The notes under the pieces: generated by a model
Seen by the model: the letters and a program-made list of their open reading frames with translations, nothing else
What the model was told of the DNA's origin: nothing
Database searches by the model: none
Translations under genes and position numbers: made by a program
Shown: in pieces, positions 51,493 to 64,000 of the stretch
How positions within the stretch are numbered: the stretch's first letter is position 1
How the letters are laid out: each line of letters starts with the position of its first letter
Origin: an uncultured Acidobacteriota bacterium
GTDB lineage: Bacteria > Acidobacteriota > Thermoanaerobaculia > Multivoradales > JAHEKO01
Reading direction: 5' to 3'
Assembly (NCBI GenBank): GCA_963719055.1
Contig: CAVRAU010000023.1
Coordinates: forward strand, 71,790-135,789
Length of the DNA: 64,000 bases

Positions 51493-52327
51493 TCGATCTG
51501 TAGCTACCACGATAGTTGAACGGAAGATTCCGCTCGAAAACTCGCACATTGTAGCGCTCGCGCGCCTCAGCGGCCAGCTGGATCAAGAACTCCTCGCGCT
51601 GACGCATCACCAGGTCTTCGCGAAGGCTCTCGGACACCTCCTCGAACGGGACGACGCCGGCGTCCAGGTGACGCACGACCTGGAACACGTGGAAGCCATA
51701 GTCGACAGGCATCACCTCGCTGACCTCGCCCTCCTGCAGGTCGAACAGGACCTCGGCAAAAACCGGGGGCAACTCCTGGCGCGAGAACTCCCCCTCTTCG
51801 CCGACATGGGCCGCAGGGTCGTCGGAGAGCTCCGCTGCGATGGACTCGTACGGCGTGCCCACCGACCAGAGATCCCTGACCCGATCAGCCGTGACGCGAT
51901 CGGTAAACAGGAGCTGACGTAGGAGGACCCTCTCGGGCAGATCGAAACGCGGCAGGTTCTGTCGATAGTAGCTGGCAACCGCCGCCGCGTCGAGCGCCGG
52001 GCTGTCGGCTGCCAGCAGCGCCTCGGCCGCCGCCAAGGCATCTGTCTTTTCGGCCAGCCCCAGTCGATCGACAGCCAGCCGAGCCAGCAACTGTTCATCC
52101 AGAAACTGATCGAGCAATGAGCTCAGCACGTCGCTACCCAGCCCACCAGCGCCAGCCACCGAATTGCGCTGCAAGAACTCCTCGAAGGCCTGATATGAAA
52201 GCGCCTGACCGTCGATCTCCGCAACCCGATCCGGTGGGGGTACCGAAGATCCGCAATCGGTGATCCACAGCGACATCACTACCAACAGACCAAGGGTCGC
52301 GACAGGAGAATCTGCGCACCCGCTCAA
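51470..52327 (-). CDS. Parvulin-type peptidyl-prolyl isomerase (SurA/PrsA-like)
   Basis: Rotamase-like ...MPVDYGFHVFQV... motif. N-terminal signal/lipobox-like region. Confidence 0.55.
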   Translation of the reverse strand: MSGCADSPVATLGLLVVMSLWITDCGSSVPPPDRVAEIDGQALSYQAFEEFLQRNSVAGAGGLGSDVLSSLLDQFLDEQLLARLAVDRLGLAEKTDALAAAEALLAADSPALDAAAVASYYRQNLPRFDLPERVLLRQLLFTDRVTADRVRDLWSVGTPYESIAAELSDDPAAHVGEEGEFSRQELPPVFAEVLFDLQEGEVSEVMPVDYGFHVFQVVRHLDAGVVPFEEVSESLREDLVMRQREEFLIQLAAEARERYNVRVFERNLPFNYRGSYRSNETHENS

Positions 52328-55300
52328 GGGTCGGCTTCCTGTGGCACCTGCAGCTGCTGCAGGACATCCTGCGCCTGCTCGCCGACCGGACGGTCCGCTT
52401 GGCGATCCACCGACAGGACCCCCGATGGGCTGAAACTCATGCCCGATCTCTCAGAGACGATCCTCACCAGATGGTCCACGTCGACCCGAGCATCGCGTCG
52501 CAATCGGAACTGCAGCTGGGTTCCGCTGAGCGAGATCGACTGGACTCTCAGCGCCTCTGCCTGCCGCTTGAGCGCCGCCATATTCAAGAGCTGATAGACC
52601 TGGGGCGGTGGCGGCCCGAATCGATCTCGCAGCTCGGCGATCATCTCCTCGTCGGCGACCTCGCCGGCACCGATGCGGCGATAGAGCTCCATGCGAAGAT
52701 TGGCGTCGCCCAGATACTCTTCGGGTATGGCCGTGGGCAGCGGCAGATCGATAGCCACGGCAGGGGCTTCTTCGACGGTCTCTCCCCGCAGCTCTCGGAC
52801 CGTGTCTTCAAGCATCCTGAGATAGGTCTCGATACCGACGGCCGCGATATGCCCGCTCTGCTCGGGACCCAGCAGATTGCCGGCACCCCGGATCTCCAGA
52901 TCTCGCGCCGCGACCCTGAATCCGGCTCCCAGCTCCGTGAACTCCCGCAGGGCCCGCAGCCGTTTGCTGGCCTCCTCCGAGAGTACCCGATCGGTCGGTA
53001 CCACCAGATAACAGTAAGCCAGCTGATTGCTGCGTCCGACTCTGCCGCGCAGCTGATAGAGCTGTGCCAAACCGAAGCGCTCGGCACGGTACACGATAAT
53101 CGTATTGACATTGGGGATGTCGATCCCGTTCTCGATGATGGTGGTCGCCAGAAGTAGATCGAACTCCTTGTTCTTGAAGGCGTGCATCCGGGCGGCCAGC
53201 TCGTTTTCATCGAGCTGCCCATGGCCGATCGTCAGCTTGAGATCCGGCACGACCTCCTGCAGATAGGCCGCGAACTGCTCGATACCCTCGACCCGGTTGT
53301 AGACAAAGAAGACCTGTCCCTGCCGCTCGCGCTCGAACTCGATCGCCTCCCGCAGGAGCTCGGCCGTGAGAGGAACAATCGCGGTCTCCACCGCCATGCG
53401 ATCGCGAGGTGGAGTCTCGATCACCGACAGGTCCCGGACTCCGGCCAGCGACAGCTGCAAGGTGCGCGGCACTGGCGTGGCCGACATCGCCAAGACGTGG
53501 ACGTTCTTCTTGAGCTCGCGCAACCTCTCCTTCTGGGCGACACCGAATCGTTGCTCCTCGTCGACGATGAGCAGCGCCAGATTCGGGATCTTCATGTCTC
53601 GACTCAGCAGCCGGTGGGTGCCGATGAGGATGTCCACCTTTGCCCGCCTCCAGCGCCTCCCTGATCTCGCGCACCTCGCGGGCGAGCGCCGCCGGGAGAC
53701 CATTTCGATCCGCACGGGATGCCCGGCGAATCGACGCTGAAAGGTCTCCAGATGTTGATCCGCGAGAATGGTCGTGGGCGCCAGGACCGCCACCTGGAAA
53801 CCGCTCTCCACCACCTTGAAGGCGGCCCGCATGGCCACCTCGGTCTTGCCGAAACCCACATCGCCACAGAGCAGGCGATCCATGGGACGTTCCGATTCCA
53901 GATCCTCCTTGATCGCCTGGATGACGGTCAGCTGATCCTCCGTCTCTTCGAAATCGAACGCGGCCTCGAACTGAGCCAGCAGATCGCTCTCGGGGCCCAT
54001 GGAAGGGGCGGAGGCCAACTGCCTCTCGGCGTAGAGCCGCACCAGGTCGCTGGCGAGCTTCTGCATGCTCCGCTTGACCTTCTCTTTGGTGCGCACCCAG
54101 GAGCTGCCACCCAGACGATCCAACCGGGGTGAGACACCTTCGATCCCGCTGTAGCGTTGAATCTGATCGATGCGACTCAGGGGCAGCAACAGACGGCGGC
54201 CATCCGAATAGGCGACCTCCATGACCTCCACATCCGTGGGTCCCCCGGCGACGCGCAGCGCGTCCAGGGAGGGAGGCAACTCGCCTTCCGGGCTGCCGTC
54301 GCCGCCGACCGCTCGCAAGCCCACGAACTGACCGATTCCATGATCGGCATGGACGATGAAATCGCCGAGACGCAGATCCCGCAGATCGGAAACAAACGGC
54401 CCGAATCGCCGACGCGACGGCTCGGGGCCGACCCGGCGTCACCCGGGGAAACAGCTGACGCTCGCCAAACACCACGACGCCGGCAGACGGCAGGCGAAAT
54501 CCGCGTCTGAGCTCGCCATCGACCAACTCCACACCGCCACTGCCGAGGGGGATCTTCTGCTGCTGGCACCATTGCTCGAGCCGCGGCCAGTGCTCGCTGG
54601 GGCTGACCAGCAGCAGGCGCTCACCACGAGCCCTGGCGGTTTCGATCTCGCGCGGAAAGCGGGGCAGCTGACCGTGAAACAGATCCGTCAACCGGGCGCC
54701 AAAATCCACGCTGCTCCTCGACCCGTCGCTCACCCCATCGACCAGCCGGATCGGCGCCTCGCTCAAGATGCCGTCGACCACCTCGCCGGTTTGCTCCAGA
54801 TGTTCCGGCGACACGGTCAACATTCCACGCGCCATCTGACCCTCGAAGTCCATATCGAGCTGGTGCAGATGGTGCTTCCTCTCCGTCTCCAGGACGACGG
54901 GTGACACCGCGACCACGAGGGCTCCCTCGAGCCAGTCTCCGAGACCCACGGTCCGCGAGGCCAGCAGAGGAAGATAGTTCTCCCAGCCAGGGAATCTGCC
55001 CCGCTGCCGCAGAGACTCCAGGGCATCGGCGCCAAGGGCCCCGCCAGCTCCTCCCTTCTCGACCAGAAGATCGGCGAGCTCCAGGGCCTCGGTTTCACCG
55101 GCGGGGAACAGTGACAGGGGCATCACGGTCAGCCGCTCCAGCGCCGCCAGGGATCGCTGATCCACCGGATCAAATTCACGAATGGATTCCACCGTATCGC
55201 CGAACAGGTCCAACCGTACGGGTCCGCCGAGACCCGGTGTGAAGAGATCGAAGATCCCTCCGCGGACTGCGAAGTCGCCCGTCTCGCTGACCAAATCGGT

Positions 55301-55780
55301 GCGGTGATAGCCAAAGCGGGTCAGATGGTCCACCAGACCTTCCACGGTGACCTCATCTCCCGACTCGATCTCCAGGAGCGCCGACCGGAAGATCTCCGGT
55401 GCAGGTAGCCGTCGGAAGAGCGCCCGCGGGGTGCAGACCATCGTCTGCAGATCCTGGGTCAGCAGCTGGTGGAGGGCCACCGACTCCACGGCGCGAACCT
55501 GCAGGGAAAGGTCGGTTTCCTGATAGGGGCTCAGGGAGGGCGACGAGAAATACGCCGCCGAGGCCCCCATCAACTCCGCGGACTCGACCCAGGCCAGTCC
55601 ATCCGCTTCATGCGGTACGACAATCAACAGGGTTCGATCCAGCTCGGCGGCGAGAGCCTCGCACACCCAGGCCGCAGCTGGGATTGGCAGCCCCTCCATG
55701 GCCCCCAGGTCGGCCTTCAGGGCCTGCATCTGAGGGCTGGAAGACAGCACCCGAAGCGCATCTGCGAGAGGCGGAGCCAT
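52324..55780 (-). CDS. mfd: Transcription-repair coupling factor. Frameshift at about 54410-54425.
   Basis: N-terminal UvrB-homology region in ORF 53207..55978. Hand translation shows ...VVVFGERQLFPR in one frame and SRRRFGPFVSDLRDLRLGDFIVHADHGIGQFVGL (Mfd signature) in the other. Helicase motifs CGDVGFGKTEVAMRAA and DEEQRFGV are in ORF 52324..54324. Start approximate. Confidence 0.85.
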
Positions 55781-57267
55781 TTTCACGGCACCCAGTCTAC
55801 CCTCCACGATCCCGAGATCGGCAGCTCCCTGCTGCCAGGTGTTTTCTTGCCCGATGGGTCTTGGTAGGATGAGCCAATTCTCCATGAAGACACTCCTATC
55901 CATCGCTCTATTGATCGCCGTTGCCGGTCTCCTCTTGCCCATGTGGGCCGCTGGCAGTGAAAGCTCCACCGAGGCCACGGAACCGGCACATGCGTCGACA
56001 GATGAGCCGGGTGCCCAAGAGGAAGGTCACGGGGGCGGTGGACACGCGAGTCCGGTGACGCCCGTTCTCCTGGGTCTCGTCATCATCATGATCGCCGCCA
56101 AGGTCGGTGGCGAGATCGCCGAGCGCCTCAGCCAACCCGCGGTGTTGGGGGAGTTGGTGGCGGGGGTGATCCTGGGCAATCTGGTGTTGTTGGGCTACCA
56201 CGGACTCGACTTCCTGGCGACCAACGAAGGTATCGCCATCATCGCCGAGATCGGTGTGGTGCTGTTGCTCTTCGAGGTCGGCCTCGAGTCCAACGTTCGA
56301 GAGATGATGTCGGTGGGCACGTCGAGCCTCCTGGTGGCTATCCTCGGTGTGGTCGCCCCGTTCTTCCTCGGCTGGGGCGTGTCCGCCTGGATGCTCCCCA
56401 ACGAGGACATCCTCGTCCACATCTTCATCGGTGCGACCCTCTGCGCTACGAGCGTCGGCATCACGGCCCGGGTCCTCACCGATCTGGGCAAGGTCACCAC
56501 CCGCGAAGCGAAGATCATCCTGGGTGCTGCCGTCATCGACGATGTCCTGGGGCTGGTGATCCTGGCCGTGGTCTCGGGGGTGATCAGCGCTGCCAACACC
56601 GGTGGTCAACTGGCCAGCACCGACGTGCTCATCATCGTGGGCAAGGCGGCGGGCTTTCTGGTGGCCGCCATCGCCATCGGCTCCTGGCTTTCGCCACGCA
56701 TGTTCCTGTTGTGCAGCAAGCTCAAGATCCGTGGCATGCTCTTGACGGTATCCTTGGCGTTCTGCTTCTTCCTGGCCTACTTGGCCAACTCCATCGATCT
56801 AGCTCCCATCGTCGGCGCCTTTGCTGCCGGTCTGGTTCTCGATGAGGCTCACTACAGAAATCATCGCGAGTTGGGAGAGCATGGTCTCGAAGAGCTGATC
56901 CACCCCATAGCCGTGTTCCTGGTACCCGTTTTCTTCGTCCTCATGGGTATCAAGGTCGATCTCTCCACCTTCGGCCAAAAGGGTGTGCTCGGCTTCGCCG
57001 CAGCCCTGTCCGTCGTTGCCATCATCGGCAAGATGATCTGCGCTCTCGGGGTGGTGGAAAAAGGTCTCGATCGAATCTCGGTAGCCGTTGGCATGGTGCC
57101 GAGAGGGGAAGTAGGGCTGATCTTCGCCGGTATCGGTGCCGCGCTCATCCTGCGCGGTGAACCCGTGATATCCGTTCCCGTGTTCTCGGCCGTGGTGATC
57201 ATGGTGATCGTCACCACCCTGATGACGCCACCAGTGTTGAAGATCACCCTGGCCAGGGGCGAGAAGA

Positions 57268-58958
<1,691 letters not shown>

Positions 58959-59087
58959 TCATCGTCGCCAAGGGTACCGACAATCGGGGCTCGCCTCAAT
59001 ACTCGGATCCGGCCGAGTTCGAATTTGCTCTATCGAAAAATGAGTTTGACTTGACTTTGTCCCTATGCCAAGATCTGTTCTCTTTGG

Positions 59088-59165
<78 letters not shown>

Positions 59166-59261
59166 GTTTCCTACGAAGCCGCGCCAGCCGCGGCTTCTTT
59201 CTTTCCTGCCACGAGCCTGGCGACGCCTCGCGGCTCGAATCCACGCTAAGATGGAGGCAGC

Positions 59262-59861
59262 ATGACCGACTCGGCACCCGATCTCCAGGCGCCGGTGCTC
59301 CTCTTGGCGATGCCCCAGGTTCTGGACCCGTTCTTTCATCGCAGCGTGGTTCTGCTGCTCCATCACACCGAGGAAGGGAGCTTCGGTTTCGTCGTCAATC
59401 GACCCACCGAGCTTCGACTGGCCGAAATCCTGGCAGGGATGGAGATCGCCTGGCACGGCATCGACGACGCCTTGGCCTTTTTCGGCGGCCCGGTGCAGTC
59501 GCAGATGGGCACGGTCATGTTCAGCCTTTCGGTGGGTGAGAGATTCGATCTCGACTCGTTGGAAGGGCTGACCGAAGTGGGGCCGGGGATTCTCATCAGC
59601 CAGCAATCGGACGATCTCGGACGCCTGGCGGCCAAGCCGCCCCTGTGTCTGCGTCTCTTTCTCGGCTACGCGGGTTGGGGTGCCGGTCAACTGGTCGAGG
59701 AGATCGTTCGCAACGACTGGCTCACCGCCCCGGTGACCAACGAGTTGCTGTTTTCCGACCAACCCGAGAAGGTCTGGGAAGAGGCGCTCCGATCCGTTGG
59801 AGTCGACCCTTCGACGTTGCCCGCCTGGACACCTCCGGCGGAGAAAGAGGAGACCAATTGA
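59262..59861 (+). CDS. YqgE/AlgH family protein (UPF0301)
   Basis: VLLLAMPQVLDPFFHRSVVLLLHH...GFVVNRP motifs of the YqgE/AlgH family. 199 aa. Confidence 0.8.
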   Translation: MTDSAPDLQAPVLLLAMPQVLDPFFHRSVVLLLHHTEEGSFGFVVNRPTELRLAEILAGMEIAWHGIDDALAFFGGPVQSQMGTVMFSLSVGERFDLDSLEGLTEVGPGILISQQSDDLGRLAAKPPLCLRLFLGYAGWGAGQLVEEIVRNDWLTAPVTNELLFSDQPEKVWEEALRSVGVDPSTLPAWTPPAEKEETN

Positions 59862-60199
59862 GAGCCATCATTCAGATTCTGCTCAACGGACTCGCCATAC
59901 TTCTGGTCGCCCGGGTCGTGCCTGGGATCCACTATGAAGGCGACTGGATCTACCTGCTGTTGACCGGCGTGGTGTTCGGTCTCCTCAATCTGACCGTAAA
60001 GCCACTGGTGACAGTGCTTTCCCTGCCCGTTGTCGTCCTTTCGCTGGGGCTGTTCTTCATCGTCATCAACGGGTTCATTCTCTATGTGGCGTCCTGGCTT
60101 CTTGACGGGCTCACCATCGATGGTTGTGGTGCTGCGCTGCTGGGAGGCCTGGTTATCGCGTTGTTCAACTGGGTCGTTCGGGCTTTCGACAAGGAATGA
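59857..60199 (+). CDS. Small 4-TM membrane protein, phage-holin-family-4-like (PF04020-type)
   Basis: Probable TTG start overlapping the yqgE stop. About 114 aa of four hydrophobic helices (ILLNGLAILLVARVV...). Its stop overlaps the nth start (ATGA). Confidence 0.5.
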
Positions 60200-60897
60200 G
60201 CCCCGGCCTCAACAAGGTGGCAACTCCGCGGCTGACCCCGGCCGGGGCGAAGCGGGAGTCCAAGGCACGCAAGCGTCAGCGGACAGAGGAAATCCTCACG
60301 CGCCTGACCGAGGAGTACCCAGGTGCCGACTGCGCCTTGATCCACGAGAACCCTTTCGAGCTGCTGGTGGCAACGATTCTGTCGGCGCAGTGCACCGACA
60401 AGAGAGTCAACATGGTGACACCGGCTCTCTTCGAGCGCTTCCCCACCCCCGCCGCCATGGCCGCGGCCGACCTGGGCGAGCTCGAAGAGCTCATTCGCAC
60501 GACGGGGTTCTTTCGCAACAAGGCCCGCTCGCTCAAGGGTGTTGGACAGGCCTTGGTTGCCGACCACGGAGGCCAGGTTCCAAGCACCATGGCAGAGCTC
60601 CATGCTCTTCCGGGCGTCGGTCGCAAAACGGCCAACGTCGTGCTTGGCAATGCCTTCGGTATCGATGAAGGGGTCGTGGTGGACACCCATGTCCAGCGAC
60701 TTTCAGGTCTCCTGGGGCTGACTCTCCAGAAGACCCCTGAGAAGATCGAGGTCGATCTGATGGACCTGGTGCCCAGCGATCACTGGACCCTCTGGTCCCA
60801 TCTATTGATTCTGCACGGCCGCAGTGTATGCAAGGCTCGGCGCCCACTCTGTGATCAATGTGTGCTGCTGGATCTCTGCCCATCGGCCACAACGTGA
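60196..60897 (+). CDS. nth: Endonuclease III
   Basis: HhH-GPD motif LPGVGRKTANVVL and FeS cluster loop CKARRPLCDQCVLLDLC. Conserved LVATILSAQCTD. Confidence 0.9.
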   Translation: MSPGLNKVATPRLTPAGAKRESKARKRQRTEEILTRLTEEYPGADCALIHENPFELLVATILSAQCTDKRVNMVTPALFERFPTPAAMAAADLGELEELIRTTGFFRNKARSLKGVGQALVADHGGQVPSTMAELHALPGVGRKTANVVLGNAFGIDEGVVVDTHVQRLSGLLGLTLQKTPEKIEVDLMDLVPSDHWTLWSHLLILHGRSVCKARRPLCDQCVLLDLCPSATT

Positions 60898-60913
60898 GGT
60901 ACCGAGAACAGCC

Positions 60914-61658
60914 ATGACTGAAAAGAGAATCGCCGTCGTTACAGGTGCCAGCGCGGGTATCGGTGCCGCTACCGCGGTGGCGCTGTCGCGGGCAGGGATT
61001 CCAGACCGTGATTGGAGCCCGTCGCGAGGAGAAGCTGCAGCAAGTCGCCGAGGTCGCGGGAGGTCGGTACCATCGTCTCGATGTGACGGATCCGTCCAGC
61101 GTGGAAGAGTTTGTCGCCGCTCTGGATCGAGTCGACGTGCTGGTCAACAACGCCGGCGGCGCCTTGGGGTTGGATCGAGTTCAGGACGCACCCGAAGAGC
61201 ACTGGCAGCGGATGTGGGAGCTCAATTTCATGAGCACGGTGCGACTGACAAAAGCCTTGCTACCCAAACTCCTGGCATCCGGCAACGCTCAGATCATCAA
61301 CGTCGGCTCCACTGCTGGCTTCGAAACCTATCCGGGAGGCGGCGGGTACACGGGTGTCAAGCACGCCGTGCGAGCCCTGACCCGGACCCTGCGGATCGAA
61401 CTCCTCGGTCAACCGGTCCGAGTCACCGAGATCTCCCCCGGTTTGGTCGAGACCGAGTTCTCGATGGTGCGATTCGATCATGACGAGACCAAGGCCAAGG
61501 CGGTCTACCAGGGCATGACGCCGTTGACAGCGGAGGATATCGCCCAAGCCATCGCCTGGGTGGCCACCCGGCCCTCTCACGTCAACATCGACGAGATGGT
61601 CATACGACCCCGGGATCAAGCGACTTCGACTCAAGTGTTTCGCGGAGGAACAGACTGA
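60914..61658 (+). CDS. Short-chain dehydrogenase/reductase (SDR). Frameshift at about 61000.
   Basis: N-terminus MTEKRIAVVTGASAGIGAATA in ORF 60824..61483. The rest (NAGG, catalytic YTGVKHAV, PGLVETEF) in ORF 60945..61658. Confidence 0.75.
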
Positions 61659-61876
61659 TGGACAGCAAACGATTTCATGAGGCCTTCGAGCGCCTGCAGG
61701 CGTTGGACGACATCTACATCTACAAGGTGCGGCCCCGAGCGGGTGCCATGCGGCGACCCGATATCGATGACATCGCCGAGCAACACAAGAACCTCGCCGA
61801 ATACACCATCGGCTTGAAGGAAGTCCTCCACGAGCTCTTCGAGTCCATCGCCACTCCGACCAAGACTGAAACGTAG
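61658..61876 (+). CDS. Hypothetical small protein (72 aa)
   Basis: ATG overlaps the SDR stop. Protein-like composition. No family recognised. Confidence 0.4.
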   Translation: MDSKRFHEAFERLQALDDIYIYKVRPRAGAMRRPDIDDIAEQHKNLAEYTIGLKEVLHELFESIATPTKTET

Positions 61877-62586
61877 CTTCGAACCGGCCCCTCCTTCCTG
61901 CCGACCGTTGTCTGCCGGATCTGTGGGAGACGGAATAGAGACCCTTGGCAGGGCCTGCCTGAGGACCGCCTCGCGCGAGTGAATGTTTGAGGGGTGGCGC
62001 TCGTCTCCGCATCCGTCGCCTCGGATCCTGGTGGGTCTTCTATGGTTCTCCTGGCGGCTCCTCCTGAGGCCCTCTGGCAGACCCTCCCAAGGGTCGTGGG
62101 TGCCCCCACCCACCCGAGTGATCTTGTCAGGCGTGCCTCCTGCGAGACATCCTCTGGAGCCTCTTCCGCTGCTCCGTCGTCATCTCCCCTCCCGTCCCTT
62201 CTGTAGATCAGTCGAGATCAAAAGCGTCTTCCCGGACGTTCTGGGTACTCGGATAGGGGGCCTCGAGGCGAGCGCTTGGCTCCCACTTGGGCAAATAGAC
62301 GCCGATGCGGCGCGAAGGCTCGCGGAGACGAGTGTCCTACCCCCAAATTCCCATCTACACGAGGCGGTCCCCTGCAGAGTACCCAGGACGTCCTCTACAG
62401 ACGCTGGCCTCAGGGCACCTTGTGCGGTCGCACGGCCAGCACGGAGGCACGGCCGCTTCAGTCACGCCCATGCGAGACACAGGAGTCAGTGCGCGGAAAC
62501 CGATCCGCACCGCACCCATGGTCCTCCGCCATTGCGTCACGATCAACGGCCGGCACAGAGGCCGGCCGCTTCAAGATCGAGGAGCC

Positions 62587-62618
62587 ACAAAAAAGGGGAC
62601 CGCTTGCGCGGTCCCCTG
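62587..62618 (-). terminator. Rho-independent terminator of the TonB-dependent receptor gene
   Basis: On the minus strand, GGGGACCGC-GCAA-GCGGTCCCC (perfect 9-bp stem) followed by TTTTTTG, about 25 nt after the stop at 62644. Confidence 0.75.
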
Positions 62619-62643
62619 AAGCTCCTCATGGAGCGAGCGGAAA

Positions 62644-64000
62644 CTAGAAGGTCCAGCGGAGTCCGATTTGCATTCTCCAGCGTGACCGGGTGTTGCTGAT
62701 CTCGAACTTGTCGTTGTTGTCGGGATCGGTGATGACGTTGGACAGAGCGTAGATCGGCTTGCCCTCGTCATTCGTGCCCTCGTAGTTGATCTCGGACAGG
62801 GTGTTGAAGTTGGCGTACCGCACGCTGCCGCTATCCCGGTCGAGGAGGTTGAAGAAGTTGAAGAGATCGAAGGTCAGCTGTAGGTGGGTCCGCTTGATCG
62901 GCAGGTCCTGAGCCACTCGGATATCAAACGACTGGAACCAGGGGCTGTCGCAGGTGTTGCGCTCGATGATGCCGCCGCGGGCATCGCTGAGACACTTCTC
63001 ACCCGACACAAAGGCATCCCACTCTTCCCAGGTGCCCCGGCTGAACTCCACATCTCCCTCGTTAGCCGGCACATACAGCAGATCGTTGCTGTAGAAGTTC
63101 TCCGTGTTGATGCTCAGAAATGGCTGTCGACCGTATACCCAGCTGTAGGGCCGACCGGACTGGAGGTTGTAGAAGCCCGATAGGGTCGTCGGCCAACGGC
63201 TCTCGCCGTTGAAACGGTACGAGAGCGAGAAGTTGAACCGATGCTCCACCGAGAAGTCCGAACGGCTCTCGGGTGGATTATTGGGATCCAACGCCTCATT
63301 GAACTGCCAGTTGGAAACCGCACGGCTCGAGGTGCCGTCATTGATGACGTTCGAGTCGCCATAGGCGTAGGAGAGGTAGCCCCACACTCCGCGGCGATAC
63401 GGCCGTTCCACCTTGACGGCGAAGTTGGTCGCATTCCCCTTGTCGCTGTTGGTCAGCTGATAGGCACCCGAGAAATCTGTGTCCACGGTGCTCGAACAGC
63501 GGACGTCCGTCGAAGCCGAGGTTCTCTCCGGTCCGCTGAATATTGATGTTCGGAAGGCGACATCTTCGACGGTCTCACCGATGAGAAGCTCAGCAGTACC
63601 GATGAGGTTCCACCAGGGTAGCTCCCGATCGTAGGCCAGGTTGACACGCCACAGACTCGGCATCTTGAAGCTCGGGTCGATGAAGTTGAACTCACCGGAG
63701 CTTCCGGCTGCATCGGCTGGCACCTCTTGGCCAAATGGATCGGGGTTGAAGTCCACCGAATCGAACAGCCGGAAGAAGGTCTGCTCGATACCTGTGCGAG
63801 CGTACTGATTCGAGATCCAGACGTAGGGGGTGCGACCGGCAAAGATGCCAACACCACCCCGCAGCTGCTGCTTGCCGTCACCATTCATGTCCCAGTTGAA
63901 GCCGATCCGCGGCTGCCAGAGCTGCTCGCCACTCGGCATTTCGCTGGTATCGACTCCGTAGATGGCCTGTGCTTCGGGGTTGAAGCTCGGCTTGTCGGGG
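62644..64000 (-). CDS. TonB-dependent receptor / outer-membrane beta-barrel protein, C-terminal portion (5' end beyond the window)
   Basis: Alternating amphipathic beta-strand pattern rich in Y/N/G/S/T. C-terminal ...IGLRWTF with terminal Phe. ORF is open to the window edge. Confidence 0.7.
   Translation of the reverse strand, partial: PDKPSFNPEAQAIYGVDTSEMPSGEQLWQPRIGFNWDMNGDGKQQLRGGVGIFAGRTPYVWISNQYARTGIEQTFFRLFDSVDFNPDPFGQEVPADAAGSSGEFNFIDPSFKMPSLWRVNLAYDRELPWWNLIGTAELLIGETVEDVAFRTSIFSGPERTSASTDVRCSSTVDTDFSGAYQLTNSDKGNATNFAVKVERPYRRGVWGYLSYAYGDSNVINDGTSSRAVSNWQFNEALDPNNPPESRSDFSVEHRFNFSLSYRFNGESRWPTTLSGFYNLQSGRPYSWVYGRQPFLSINTENFYSNDLLYVPANEGDVEFSRGTWEEWDAFVSGEKCLSDARGGIIERNTCDSPWFQSFDIRVAQDLPIKRTHLQLTFDLFNFFNLLDRDSGSVRYANFNTLSEINYEGTNDEGKPIYALSNVITDPDNNDKFEISNTRSRWRMQIGLRWTF

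Noticed and set aside
61877-62586. RNase P RNA, tmRNA or SRP RNA in the unassigned 700-bp region
   Set aside because: Signature motifs (GGAAAGUCCGG / ACAGAACCCGGCUUA for RNase P; tmRNA tag-peptide ANDENYALAA-type reading frame and a tRNA-like 3' end ...CCACCA; SRP GGAAGCAGCC) were not found on either strand.

Overview
This is a 64-kb, high-GC (about 66%) bacterial chromosomal segment, gene-dense on both strands and almost entirely housekeeping. The source may be Acidobacteriota-like. This is a tentative inference from two tandem large secreted proteins with a GWxTD-like N-terminal domain and a C-terminal VWA domain, the 'VWFA-related acidobacterial' architecture.

Gene content: glycerate kinase, prmC-murA, an Slt-like lytic transglycosylase, a SurA-N-like chaperone, a carbon-nitrogen hydrolase plus nadE, rsmI, a glycosyltransferase/asnB pair, mnmA-iscS, the two GWxTD/VWA paralogs, maf, a SpoU methyltransferase, eda with a C-terminal extension, apgM, a macro-domain protein and argS. 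The minus strand carries a complete mraZ-rsmH-ftsL-ftsI-murE-murF-mraY-murD-ftsW-murG-murC-ftsQ-ftsA-ftsZ dcw cluster (34.2-50.2 kb). After it come two SurA/parvulin-like chaperones, mfd, a CPA antiporter, eno-ftsB, one initiator tRNA-fMet, yqgE, a holin-like small membrane protein, nth, an SDR and the 3' part of a TonB-dependent outer-membrane receptor. No rRNA, CRISPR array, transposase or integrase was seen.

The most interesting region is a translationally coupled eight-gene minus-strand operon at 26.6-33.5 kb, between argS and the dcw cluster. It encodes a helical 175-aa protein, an SPFH/flotillin-like protein ending in a zinc ribbon, three paralogous zinc-ribbon proteins sharing RRW and LPFW-type motifs (two membrane-anchored), a MoxR/CbbQ-type AAA ATPase, a Tiki/TraB-like putative metallohydrolase and a 430-aa unknown protein. 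I cannot assign this combination to any described system.

Important caveat: at least 25 conserved genes are interrupted by apparent single-base indel frameshifts, including essential ones (ftsQ, murE, nadE, mfd, asnB). These are almost certainly sequencing or assembly errors rather than genuine pseudogenes. Gene spans below are the inferred intact genes, with frameshift positions noted.
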